From contig DASXAM010000132.1 in assembly GCA_036404275.1 (NCBI GenBank), positions 3,175 through 67,174 on the forward strand: a DNA stretch of 64,000 nt. The letters run 5' to 3'. The position numbers and the translations under genes were made by a program. Every line of letters begins with the position of its first letter. Position 1 is the first letter of the stretch. Under the pieces are notes generated by a model. The model did not search any database. It saw only the letters and a program-made list of their open reading frames with translations, and was not told where the DNA came from. Shown piece after piece: positions 19,432-28,685 of the stretch. The DNA is from Stellaceae bacterium. Lineage in GTDB: Bacteria > Pseudomonadota > Alphaproteobacteria > ATCC43930 > CGMCC-115725.

Positions 19432-20442
19432 TTGCGGGTGTTGCGGCGGCATGCAACAGGCTGTCGGCGTATCGGGCTCGTGCTTCTGCCGGTGCTTGTT
19501 GGCGCGGGGATTTGGCTCGCAATGTCGCCGTGGCGCCACGGCACCGAGCCGGCGCGTCCGGCGGTGCCGCGCGCCGCCCCCGCGGCGATCGTCGGCGCAA
19601 CCCCGCCGCCGCTTGTGAAAAAGCCGGCCGCACCGGCGCAGAAGCCCAAAGAGGAAGCAATGTTGCGGCCGCCGGCGCCATTGCCGGCGCCGCCGCGCGC
19701 CGAGCCCGCCTGGCTGCGATTTGCGGTGCCCGCGGCGCCCACCGATGGTCGGCCGCTCGTTGCCGTGGTGCTCGACGACCTCGGCCTTGACCGGGTGCGG
19801 ACCGCGGCGGCGATTCGGCTGCCGCGGCCGCTGACCCTCTCATTCATGACCTATGCCCGCGACCTGCCCGCGCAGACCGAAGCGGCGCATCGGGCCGGGC
19901 ACGAACTGTTGCTGCATGTGCCGATGGAGGCGATCGACCGGCGCGAAGACCCCGGCCCCCATGCGCTCTACACGTCGCTCTCTCAGCAGGCGATCGTCGA
20001 CCGGCTGCGCTGGGGGCTCGACCGTTTTTCCGGCTATGTCGGGATCAACAACCATATGGGTAGCCGGTTTACCGCCGATAAGCGGGGGATGGCGGCGGTC
20101 ATTGGCGAGCTGCGAGCACGCGGCCTGGTTTTTCTCGATTCGCGGACGAGCGCGGCGAGCACCGGAATCGCGCTGGCGGCGGCGGACGGGGTACCACACG
20201 CGGCGCGCGATGTGTTTCTCGACGACGACCTCACCCCGGCCGCGATCGCGCGTCAACTGGCCGTCCTCGAGCATGTGGCAAGACGGCGCGGAAGCGCCAT
20301 CGCCATCGGCCACGCCCATGATCCGACCTTGGCAGTGCTCGCCGCCTGGTTGCCGACATTGTCGGCGAAAGGGCTGGTGCTCGAGCCGCTCAGCGCCGTT
20401 GTGCGCTACCGAATCATGCGGGCCGACGAGACTGCCCGCTGA
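19432..20442 (+). CDS. Divergent polysaccharide deacetylase family protein (YibQ-like)
   Basis: N-terminal TM segment, Pro/Ala-rich linker, then VAVVLDDLGLD...LSFMTYA...HELLLHVPME... The TTG/GTG start is uncertain. Confidence 0.7.
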   Translation: MRVLRRHATGCRRIGLVLLPVLVGAGIWLAMSPWRHGTEPARPAVPRAAPAAIVGATPPPLVKKPAAPAQKPKEEAMLRPPAPLPAPPRAEPAWLRFAVPAAPTDGRPLVAVVLDDLGLDRVRTAAAIRLPRPLTLSFMTYARDLPAQTEAAHRAGHELLLHVPMEAIDRREDPGPHALYTSLSQQAIVDRLRWGLDRFSGYVGINNHMGSRFTADKRGMAAVIGELRARGLVFLDSRTSAASTGIALAAADGVPHAARDVFLDDDLTPAAIARQLAVLEHVARRRGSAIAIGHAHDPTLAVLAAWLPTLSAKGLVLEPLSAVVRYRIMRADETAR

Positions 20443-20445
20443 ACT

Positions 20446-21303
20446 TTATGGCGCGCCGAGCCCGAGGAGGCGGCGGGCGAGCGTCAAATGCGGCCGGTCG
20501 AGCATCTTGCCATCGAGCGCGATGGTTCCGGCATCGGGATTTGCGGCGAACAGCTCGACCACCTTGCGCGCCCAGGCGCGCTCCGCCTCGGCGACCGAAA
20601 AGGCGGTGTTGATCGCGGCGATTTGCGCCGGATGGATCGCCATCTTGCCGGTAAAGCCGGAGCGACGCGCCGCGGCGCACTCGCTGGCGAGCCCCTCGGC
20701 GTCTCGAAAATCGGTGTAGATCGTATCGATCGGCGCGACCCCGGCCGCCGCGGCAGCGGCGAGGCACAGCGAGCGCGCCAGCAGATAGATGTCGTCATAG
20801 CTACCGTCGAGCCGCCGGTTGTTGCCGCCGATCGAGGCGGCGAGGTCTTCGGCACCCCAGGTAATGCCGGCGAGCCGCGCGGAGACGCCGGCATAGCCGC
20901 CGAGCGCGAACAGCGCCGTTGGGGTTTCGGTGGCGATCGCGATGATTTGGATGGCGCCCCGCGGCAGCGCCGCAGCGGCCTCGAATGCGTCGAGGTAGTG
21001 GTCGAGCCGGCGCAAATCCTCGGGCACGCATTTCGGCAGCAGGATGCCGTCCGGCCGGACGGGCGCGACGGCGGCGAGATCGTCGAGCGCGGCATCGCCA
21101 GCGAGCGGGTTGATCCGCACCCAGCGGCGGAACGCGGCGGCGCCGGTCGATTCGAGAAAAGCGCGCGCCTGCGCGCGGGCCAGCGGTCGGTTTTGCGGCA
21201 CCACCGAATCTTCGAGATCAAGGATCAGCGCGTCGGCGCCCGATTCGGGAGCGCGGGCGAGCTTGCGTTCGCTGTCGGCCGGAACAAACAAAAACGAGCG
21301 CAT
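20446..21303 (-). CDS. HpcH/HpaI aldolase / citrate-lyase beta (CitE)-like acyl-CoA lyase
   Basis: MRSFLFVPADSERKLARAPESGADALILDLEDSV is a typical CitE/malyl-CoA lyase N-terminus. Confidence 0.85.
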   Translation of the reverse strand: MRSFLFVPADSERKLARAPESGADALILDLEDSVVPQNRPLARAQARAFLESTGAAAFRRWVRINPLAGDAALDDLAAVAPVRPDGILLPKCVPEDLRRLDHYLDAFEAAAALPRGAIQIIAIATETPTALFALGGYAGVSARLAGITWGAEDLAASIGGNNRRLDGSYDDIYLLARSLCLAAAAAAGVAPIDTIYTDFRDAEGLASECAAARRSGFTGKMAIHPAQIAAINTAFSVAEAERAWARKVVELFAANPDAGTIALDGKMLDRPHLTLARRLLGLGAP

Positions 21304-21771
21304 TCAGCCTTCTCCCCCGGCCGGCCGGGATCGCATCAGCGCGGCGCGGCGGCAGATCGCGACAACCTCGCCGCGCTGGTTGATGCCCTGATGCTCGAAT
21401 TCGACGATGCCGGCGTCGGGACGCGAGCGGCTCTTGCGCTTGCCGAAGACGACCGTTCGCGCGTGCAGGGTGTCGCCGTGAAACACCGGCTTTGGGAACC
21501 GCACCTCGGTCATCCCCAGATTGGCGAGCGTGGTGCCCAAGGTCGTGTCGCCGACACTGAGGCCGATGACGAGGCCCAGCGTGAAAATGCTGTTGACGAG
21601 GGGCCGGCCGAACTCGGTCGTCCTGGCAAATTCGGCGTCGAGATGGAGCGGCTGCGGGTTCATCGTCAGGGTGGTGAACAGCACGTTGTCCATTTCCGTG
21701 ATGGTGCGGGTCGCCTGGTGCTCGAACACCTGCCCCTCGTGGAATTCGTCGAAATACAAGCCCGCCATCAC
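21304..21771 (-). CDS. MaoC-family (R)-hydratase / dehydratase (hotdog fold)
   Basis: 155 aa with the [12 protein letters not shown]...NPQPLHLD... MaoC pattern. It abuts the CitE-like gene with no gap. Confidence 0.85.
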   Translation of the reverse strand: MMAGLYFDEFHEGQVFEHQATRTITEMDNVLFTTLTMNPQPLHLDAEFARTTEFGRPLVNSIFTLGLVIGLSVGDTTLGTTLANLGMTEVRFPKPVFHGDTLHARTVVFGKRKSRSRPDAGIVEFEHQGINQRGEVVAICRRAALMRSRPAGGEG

Positions 21772-21945
21772 CAGCTCCGGTCAGCTCCACCAAAGATTAG
21801 CCGGGACCGAGACGTACGGGAAACCCCGCTGGCGGCGACGGCAGGCGCCGGGTTTTCAAATCCGCTCGACCATCGGCTTCGAACAACCTAGCATGACACG
21901 CAGGTGGCTGAGGGGACTCCGCGGCGGCGGAAATTCGGTCGGGGA

Positions 21946-22557
21946 ATGGACATCAACCAGCTCATCGCCGAATACGGCTTCTGGTTTTACCCGATCGCGT
22001 TTGTCTGGACCTTTCTCGAAGGCGAGACGATCGTGCTCTTTGCCGGTTTTGCTGCGGCGCAGGGATTGCTCGATCCGTTTCTGCTGCTCGCCGCGACGGG
22101 GCTTGGCAGCTTTGCCGGCGACCAAACGTATTTCTGGATCGGCCGCCATTTCGGACCGGGGGTGATGGGGCGCTTTCCGCGCTGGCAAAACGGCGTCGAA
22201 GGCGCGCTGCGCTGGCTCGAACGCTACAACACGCTTTTCATCCTGTCCTTCCGCTTTATCTACGGGGTGCGCAACTTGTCGTCGTTTGCGATGGGGTTGA
22301 GCGCGATTCGCTGGCAGCGCTTTCTATCGCTGAATTTGTTGGCCGCGATGCTGTGGGCGGCTTGCTTTATCACGATCGGTTATTTTCTCGGCGGCGCGTT
22401 CCGCGCAGTCCTTGGCGACATCGTCCACTCGTTCAGCCTCAGCCTGCTCGCGGTTTTTGTGGCGTTTGCGCTTGGCGTCGGGCTCATGCATCGGCTGCAA
22501 AAGCGACGCCAGCTCAAGATTTTTTTAACGGGCCCGCGGGCGGCGCCGCGATCTTGA
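21946..22557 (+). CDS. DedA family membrane protein
   Basis: From ATG 21946: ...FLEGETIVLFAGFAAAQG...GDQTYFWIGRHFG... DedA signature. Confidence 0.85.
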   Translation: MDINQLIAEYGFWFYPIAFVWTFLEGETIVLFAGFAAAQGLLDPFLLLAATGLGSFAGDQTYFWIGRHFGPGVMGRFPRWQNGVEGALRWLERYNTLFILSFRFIYGVRNLSSFAMGLSAIRWQRFLSLNLLAAMLWAACFITIGYFLGGAFRAVLGDIVHSFSLSLLAVFVAFALGVGLMHRLQKRRQLKIFLTGPRAAPRS

Positions 22558-23287
22558 CGGGCGCGAGGATCGCCACCGGGCTGCCGATGGCGAGGCCGAG
22601 CACGCGGTCGGCGCGGCCGCCATTGACGGCGATTTCGGCGAGCCCGTTCGAATTTTCATACCAAAAGGCCGCGCCCGGCGGGACATCGGAAAAGGTCCGG
22701 GCGCGGGATAGTTTGCGGCCGCCCGCGCCGAGCCGAACGCCCTCGCGCAGCATGGCGGCGCGCAGCCCCGTTATGGCGTTGCCGAACCCGTCAATGTAGA
22801 CGATCTCGGGCAAGTCGTCCGGCCATTCCGGACGGCGGCGGATTTGGCCGTCGCGCAACAGGGTTTCGGGCGCATCGCCGCGGCGCAGCCGGGCCGCCAT
22901 CGGGGCGAACAGGTCGCGGCCGTGAAACGTTGCCGACAATGCCTCGGGTCGCCAGGCGATCTCCCAACCGCGAGATGTCACGGCGCGACGCAGCACCAAT
23001 TCGAAGAGACCGTTGTCCGGGCCGACATAAATGCGGCCATCGGCTTCGACCACCACGGCACCTCGGCTGCCGCCGACGCCGGGATCGACGACGGCGACAA
23101 AAACCGTGCCGGTGGCAAACCAAGACGCATAGGCGGCGAGGAGATAGGCGGCAGGCTTTGGCAGGCCGGGCGCCAGATCAGCGAACAAATCGATGACCGC
23201 CGACCCCGGCGCCTCACGGTGCAGCACCGCCTTGACCTGCCCGATATAGGGGCCGGCAAGACCGAAATCGGTAAACAGCACGATCAT
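22514..23287 (-). CDS. SAM hydrolase / SAM hydroxide adenosyltransferase family protein (DUF62)
   Basis: MIVLFTDFGLAGPYIGQVKAVL...VVDPGVGGSR...VGPDNGL motifs. Confidence 0.8.
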   Translation of the reverse strand: MIVLFTDFGLAGPYIGQVKAVLHREAPGSAVIDLFADLAPGLPKPAAYLLAAYASWFATGTVFVAVVDPGVGGSRGAVVVEADGRIYVGPDNGLFELVLRRAVTSRGWEIAWRPEALSATFHGRDLFAPMAARLRRGDAPETLLRDGQIRRRPEWPDDLPEIVYIDGFGNAITGLRAAMLREGVRLGAGGRKLSRARTFSDVPPGAAFWYENSNGLAEIAVNGGRADRVLGLAIGSPVAILAPVKIAAPPAGPLKKS

Positions 23288-23520
23288 CCGCGTCCCCGCT
23301 TGCTGTAATAGCGGCATCGCTCCTCGCTGTCAGGATAGAATATCCGTTGATCGCGGGCGAGAGCCTGTGGCAATCGATGGTTGAGTATTGGCGCGGGTTT
23401 TACGCCCAACTAGCCGGGTGTGTTCTTTGCCGAGCGGGCGGTCGCGTTGCGGTTTCTCTTGAATGCCGCGAGCGGCTGGGTATGCTGTCTCGCTCGTGAA
23501 GTTCATTCGGGGGAAGTACG

Positions 23521-23979
23521 ATGGGGAAGATGCTCCTGGCGGCGGCGCTGCTGGTCGCGGCCGGTATGCTGCCGGCGGCGGCGGCCGACCGGGATTGCTA
23601 TTCGCAGGCGGATTTGGAGGCCGAGCAGGCGCTGTTGTTTCAGACCAATCTGATGGTGGTCAGTTCAGCCTGCCGCGATCCGGTTTATGGCGAGTTTCGC
23701 GCGCGCAACAAGAACGCGATCATCGCTTACCAAAAGGAAATGATCGCCCATTTTCGGCGCGCCGGCTTTCGCAACGCGCAAGGCAAGTTCGACGCCTGGA
23801 ATACCAGCCTTGCCAACGAGATTTCGCTGAAGCAGGGGGCGATGCCGACCGTCCAAGTGTGCCAGCAGGCGGCGCAAATGCTCAAGCTCGCGAGCACCCT
23901 CGACTCCAAGGGTTTCCACGATTATGCGGTCGCTCATATCGCAACCGCCACGGTTACGCATCCGAGGTGCGGTCGGTAG
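23521..23979 (+). CDS. Secreted hypothetical protein
   Basis: GGGGGAAG RBS. Signal peptide MGKMLLAAALLVAAGMLPAAAA. Four Cys in the mature part. No family recognised. Confidence 0.55.
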   Translation: MGKMLLAAALLVAAGMLPAAAADRDCYSQADLEAEQALLFQTNLMVVSSACRDPVYGEFRARNKNAIIAYQKEMIAHFRRAGFRNAQGKFDAWNTSLANEISLKQGAMPTVQVCQQAAQMLKLASTLDSKGFHDYAVAHIATATVTHPRCGR

Positions 23980-25177
23980 CGGGCGTTCTCCGGGAGGGCG
24001 GAGGGCGGCCGAGCCGAACGGCGCCGGCAAGCCCGACCGCAGACAGCAGCGCCATAAAGAGGTAGGCGTGCCCCCCGTATAAAGCGTAGAGCGCGCCGGC
24101 GGCCAGCATGACGAGGCCGCCGCCGAAGCCCGAGGACACCGCCGCGTAGATTGTTTGTGCGCCGGCCGCCGACTCGGGAACGATGATGCGCGACAGAAAA
24201 TACATGGTGCCGAGATGACTCGCGCCGAAAGTCAGCGCATGCAGCAATTGCAGCGCTGCGGCGGCCGGCAGGCCCGGCAGCGCGGCGGCGAGCGTCCAGC
24301 GCACAACCCCCGCCGCACCGCCCAGCGCCATCAATCCGGCGGGACCCAATCGAGCGACGAGCCGGCCGCCCTGCCAAAACAGCACAATCTCGGCCAGCAC
24401 CCCCTCGGCCCAGAGCCAGCCCACCGCGGTGTCGGAAAAACCGAGCGAGCGCCAGTAGAGGGTGCCGAACCCGTAATAGACCTGATGGCTCGCCTGCAAT
24501 GCCGCGGCGGTTGCGACGACGCCCCAGAAGCGCGGATTTGCGGCGACGCCGCCAAGGCTGTGCCATGCCGCGCGCTGCGCGCCGCGGTTGCTTTCGGGCA
24601 GCGCCGGCACTCCCAGGCAGGCCAGCAGCAACAGCGTCGAGGCGCCGAGCACCAACGGCAGCACCCGCTCCGACGAGCTCGCGGCGAGCACCCTGCCGGC
24701 GACGAGCGAAGCCAGGATAAAACTGACCGAGCCCCAGACTCGGACACGCCCATAATCGAGAGTGCGCGTGCGGGAAAACCCGAGCGCCACCGCATCGCCG
24801 AGCGGCATCAATGCCGATTGCGCGGTCAGCGCCAACAGGTTGAGAGCCAGAAGCGCAGCGAGCCCCGCGGTCCAGAACAGCCCCAAATAGGCGGCGAGCG
24901 CGGCGGCGGCGAGCGCGGCCATGACCGCGCGGCGCTGCCCGAGCCGGTCGGCGATCATGCCGATAGCGGGTGCGGTGGCAACCTTTGCCCAGATCGCGGC
25001 GGCGAACAGAAACGCGATCTCGCGCGGGCCGAGGCCGCGCGCCGCGAGCCAGACCGGCCAGAACGGGAGCTGGATGCCGTTTACCAGAAAGGCGGCGGCA
25101 TAAAACCCCGAGAGACGAGCGGCGGCGAGCGGCGCAGCCTGCTCCGATCTCGCCGACAGCCTCGACGATCCGCGCAT
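23954..25177 (-). CDS. MFS transporter (HcaT / MFS_1-like)
   Basis: 407 aa with about 12 TM segments. N-terminus AAARLSGFYAAAFLVNGIQLPFWPVWL. Confidence 0.8.
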   Translation of the reverse strand: MRGSSRLSARSEQAAPLAAARLSGFYAAAFLVNGIQLPFWPVWLAARGLGPREIAFLFAAAIWAKVATAPAIGMIADRLGQRRAVMAALAAAALAAYLGLFWTAGLAALLALNLLALTAQSALMPLGDAVALGFSRTRTLDYGRVRVWGSVSFILASLVAGRVLAASSSERVLPLVLGASTLLLLACLGVPALPESNRGAQRAAWHSLGGVAANPRFWGVVATAAALQASHQVYYGFGTLYWRSLGFSDTAVGWLWAEGVLAEIVLFWQGGRLVARLGPAGLMALGGAAGVVRWTLAAALPGLPAAAALQLLHALTFGASHLGTMYFLSRIIVPESAAGAQTIYAAVSSGFGGGLVMLAAGALYALYGGHAYLFMALLSAVGLAGAVRLGRPPPSRRTPATDRTSDA

Positions 25178-25187
25178 CAGTGCCTAT

Positions 25188-25832
25188 GTGGCGAGGGTGC
25201 CGATCGGGGTAAATCAACTCAGCGCGCTGTTGTCGGTGGTCATCATCGACGTGGTGCTCGCCGGCGACAATGCGGTCGTGGTCGGCATGGCCGCCGCCGG
25301 GCTGCCGCCCAAGCAGCAGCGCCGCGTGATCGCGCTCGGTATCGCCGCGGCCACGGTGCTGCGCATCCTGTTCGCATACTACACGGCCAAGCTGCTGGAA
25401 ATCATCGGGCTCACCTTGGCCGGCGGCGTGCTGCTGCTGTGGGTGGCCTGGAAAATGTTTCGCGAGCTGCGCGAAGCCCGGCGCGCCGAGCAGGCGAAGC
25501 AGATGCTCGAGTGTCGCGGCGCGACACGGGTGCTGCAGCGCAAGAGCGCGCGGGAGGTGCTGTTTCGCATCGTTCTCGCCGATGTGTCGATGTCGCTCGA
25601 CAACGTCCTCGCCGTCGCCGGGACCGCGCGCGACCATTTCTGGGTGCTGGCGTTCGGCCTCGTCCTTTCGGTCGCGCTGATGGGCGTCGCCTCGACCGTC
25701 ATCGCGCGGCTGCTCGATCGGCATTTTTGGATATCGTGGGTCGGTCTCGGCATCATCGCCTTTGTCGCCGTGCGGATGATCTGGGAGGGCTCGACCGAGG
25801 TCCTGGGCCAGACCGCGGCGCTCGGGTTTTGA
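25188..25832 (+). CDS. TerC/YjbE family integral membrane protein
   Basis: Duplicated DNAVVVG and DNVLAVAG motifs in a multi-TM protein. Confidence 0.85.
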   Translation: MARVPIGVNQLSALLSVVIIDVVLAGDNAVVVGMAAAGLPPKQQRRVIALGIAAATVLRILFAYYTAKLLEIIGLTLAGGVLLLWVAWKMFRELREARRAEQAKQMLECRGATRVLQRKSAREVLFRIVLADVSMSLDNVLAVAGTARDHFWVLAFGLVLSVALMGVASTVIARLLDRHFWISWVGLGIIAFVAVRMIWEGSTEVLGQTAALGF

Positions 25833-25883
25833 GGTTGCGAGCTCGCATTGCAGCGCTCGCTGTGGTGCGGCTGCGTCGGTGCG

Positions 25884-26810
25884 CTAGCCGCGGCTGCAGG
25901 CGGCGCCGCCCAGCACACAGAATTTGGCGCAATGCGGGTGGTTGAGCGGCACCGCACCGCTCGCCGCAGCGAGGGTCGGGCCCAATTCGAAGCGCTCGTC
26001 GTAAGGCAATAGCGTGCAGGCGAGCACCGCCGGGCGCGCAGCACCCTTGCGCTTGACCACCATGCGGGCGCTCGCGCACATCACGCTGTGCGGCGATTTG
26101 CCGAGGATGCCCCAGCACGCCTCGGTGATCTCCGGCACGTCCGCGGCGGTGTCCATCTCGGGAAAGACCATCAATGCCACCGGATCGTCGGCGTCGATCG
26201 CGACCGCGAGCTCGGCAAAAAGCCGGGCAAAGCCGGCGCGGATTTCGGCTTCCGATTCGCCCGACAGGCGGCGGCTCGCGACGTGCAGCGAGAACCCGTT
26301 GCGGGCGAGCCACAGCAACCCGTCGATCGTCGGCTGCCAGCTGCGCCGGCCACGTTCTTCCTCGTGGATCCGACGCCCGTAATGGTCGATCGAGACCCGG
26401 ATCGTCAGCCGCTCGCCAAAGCGTTTGTTGAGCCGCAGCAATGCCGGCTTGCATTTGGCCATGGGCCGCATCGCGTTAGTCAGAACGAGCGCACGAAAAC
26501 CGCGGACGAGCGCGTCTTCGAGCATCGCCGGCAATTCCGGGTTCATAAACGGCTCGCCGCCGGTAAAGCCGATCAGCGAGGTCGGCAGGCCCGACCTCTC
26601 GATTTCGTCGAAAAATTCGCTGGCTTCGGCCGCGCTCAAATAGACGAGCCGGTCGTTCTTTGGCGATGACTCGATGTAGCAATGGCCGCAGGTCAGGTTG
26701 CACAAGGTGCCGGTGTTGAGCCACAGCGTTTCGAGACCGACGAGCGCCACCTGCGCGCGCCGGTCACCGCCGGCGGTAACGAACGGGTCTTGAAACTTGC
26801 GCGGATCCAT
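25884..26810 (-). CDS. Radical SAM protein with a Cys-rich C-terminal domain (ArsS / TIGR04167-like)
   Basis: CNLTCGHC (CX3CX2C) cluster in TLWLNTGTLCNLTCGHCYIESSP. C-terminus HPHCAKFCVLGGAACSRG. Confidence 0.7.
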   Translation of the reverse strand: MDPRKFQDPFVTAGGDRRAQVALVGLETLWLNTGTLCNLTCGHCYIESSPKNDRLVYLSAAEASEFFDEIERSGLPTSLIGFTGGEPFMNPELPAMLEDALVRGFRALVLTNAMRPMAKCKPALLRLNKRFGERLTIRVSIDHYGRRIHEEERGRRSWQPTIDGLLWLARNGFSLHVASRRLSGESEAEIRAGFARLFAELAVAIDADDPVALMVFPEMDTAADVPEITEACWGILGKSPHSVMCASARMVVKRKGAARPAVLACTLLPYDERFELGPTLAAASGAVPLNHPHCAKFCVLGGAACSRG

Positions 26811-26908
26811 GGCTGGCCGCTCGCGGCGGTTTGTTCACTTGTGCCAGCTTAACCCGCCGAACCGTGTTAACGATCGCTTTTGGCGATCAAACCGCCGTGA
26901 TTTCTGTC

Positions 26909-27154
26909 TCAGTGGCCGGTATTCGAGTTTGGCTGCGTCTGCGACTTTTGCTGCTGCTCGCGGGCGTGCTTTGCCGCCTCGTGGTGGCCGATGATGCAGC
27001 CGGCGCCGGCGCCGATCAGCCCGTGATGACCGGCGAAGTGTCCGGCAACACCGCCGACGACCGCGCCTTTTAGGCAACCGGCGGCGCGTGCCGGCGCCGA
27101 AATCGAGCCGAGCAACCCGATCGTGCAGCATGCCGCTATCAACATGAATTTCAT
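26909..27154 (-). CDS. Small secreted Gly-zipper/His-rich protein (81 aa)
   Basis: GGAAGAGGA RBS. Signal peptide MKFMLIAACCTIGLLGSISAPARA, then GAVVGGVAGHFAGHHGLIGAGAGCIIGHH. Confidence 0.5.
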   Translation of the reverse strand: MKFMLIAACCTIGLLGSISAPARAAGCLKGAVVGGVAGHFAGHHGLIGAGAGCIIGHHEAAKHAREQQQKSQTQPNSNTGH

Positions 27155-27260
27155 TGTGGATCCTCTTCCAGGTGTCGCAGCTGCGAACACCCTGCCAGCG
27201 CCGCGGGTTCACCGGACCGGAGGTTGCAGCGACGCCGCCGCAAGACTACGTTGCGCCGTC

Positions 27261-28685
27261 GTGGAATATCTCAGCACGCGCAGCATCCGGCCGCGGCCGA
27301 GCCCGCTCGGGTTCACCGATGTGCTGCTGAAGGGGCTTGCCGAGGACGGAGGCCTTTTTGTGCCGGCCGAGCTGCCCGGGCTCGATCAAGCCGCGCTGCA
27401 CGGCTTTTCCGGCCTCCCCTATGCCGAGCTGGCCGCGCGACTGGTTGGACTGTTTGCCGGCGCCGAGCTTGTCGCGGACGAGCTGCAAAGCCTTGCAACC
27501 GCGGCTTATCGCGAGTTTCGCCACGCCGCGGTGGCGCCGCTCGTCCAGCTCGACGAGCGGCTATGGCTTTTGGAGCTGTTTCACGGCCCGACGCTGGCGT
27601 TCAAGGACCTCGCCCTGCAATTCGTCGGACGGCTCTTCGATCGGGCATTGGCGCGGCGGCGGGAGCATGCGACGGTCATTGCCGCGACCTCGGGCGACAC
27701 CGGATCGGCGGCAATCGCCGCCTGCCGCGACCGCGAGGCGATCGACATCTTTGTGCTCTACCCGCACGGCCGGGTGTCCGAGGTGCAGCGGCGCCAGATG
27801 ACGACGGTCGAGGCGGCAAACGCGCATGCGGTCGCGATCGAAGGCACTTTCGACGATTGCCAGGACCTGGTCAAAGCGCTGTTTGCCGACGCCGAGCTGC
27901 GGGCGAACCTCAATCTCGCCGCGGTCAACTCGATCAACTGGGCGCGGATCGCCGCGCAGACCGTCTATTATTTTGCAGCCGCCGCGGCGCTCGGCGGCCC
28001 GGCGCGGCCGGTGTCGTTCAGCGTGCCGACCGGCAATTTCGGCAATGTCTATGCCGGACACATCGCCCGCCGCATGGGGCTGCCGGTCGAGCGCCTGGCA
28101 ATCGGCACCAATAAGAACGATATCCTTGCCCGTTACTTGGCGAGCGGAGTGATGAGCGTGGCGGCGGTCGAGCCGAGCCTGAGCCCGAGCATGGACATCC
28201 AGGTGGCGAGCAATTTCGAGCGGCTGTTGTTCGAGCTGAAAGGCCGCAACGGAGCGGCCGTCGCCGAGGCGATGGGCGTTTTCCGGCGCACCGGGACCCT
28301 GCACGAAGACGGTCAGGCATGGCGCGCGGCGCGCGGCTTGTTTTCCGGACATCGGGTGGACGACACTCTGACCATGCGCACGATCGCCGAAACCCATGCC
28401 CGCGCGGGTATGCTGATCGATCCGCATACCGCGGTTGCGGTCGCCGCCGCCCGCGCCGAAATCGCCGCTGCCCCCAAAGGCGCGCCTATGATCGCGCTCG
28501 CCTCTGCCCATCCGGCGAAATTCCCGGACGCGGTCGAGCGTGCGACCGGCATCCGCCCGGCCCTGCCGCCCGCCCTCGGCGATCTTTTCGATCGGCGCGA
28601 GCGGATCACCGTGCTGCCGAACGATCTTAGCGCCGTCGGAAGCTTTATTTGCGCGCATGCGCGCCGTGCCCGGAGAATCAAATGA
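27261..28685 (+). CDS. thrC: Threonine synthase
   Basis: (V)EYLSTRS...FHGPTLAFKDLALQ (PLP-Lys motif). GTG 27261 is inferred from the typical ThrC N-terminus. Confidence 0.9.
   Translation: MEYLSTRSIRPRPSPLGFTDVLLKGLAEDGGLFVPAELPGLDQAALHGFSGLPYAELAARLVGLFAGAELVADELQSLATAAYREFRHAAVAPLVQLDERLWLLELFHGPTLAFKDLALQFVGRLFDRALARRREHATVIAATSGDTGSAAIAACRDREAIDIFVLYPHGRVSEVQRRQMTTVEAANAHAVAIEGTFDDCQDLVKALFADAELRANLNLAAVNSINWARIAAQTVYYFAAAAALGGPARPVSFSVPTGNFGNVYAGHIARRMGLPVERLAIGTNKNDILARYLASGVMSVAAVEPSLSPSMDIQVASNFERLLFELKGRNGAAVAEAMGVFRRTGTLHEDGQAWRAARGLFSGHRVDDTLTMRTIAETHARAGMLIDPHTAVAVAAARAEIAAAPKGAPMIALASAHPAKFPDAVERATGIRPALPPALGDLFDRRERITVLPNDLSAVGSFICAHARRARRIK

Noticed and set aside
23934-25945. 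Two 596-aa ORFs (23934..25724 minus, 24155..25945 plus)
   Set aside because: They overlap the MFS and TerC genes in alternate or antisense frames. Their translations are Arg/Gly/Pro-rich, whereas the MFS and TerC frames give coherent TM proteins.
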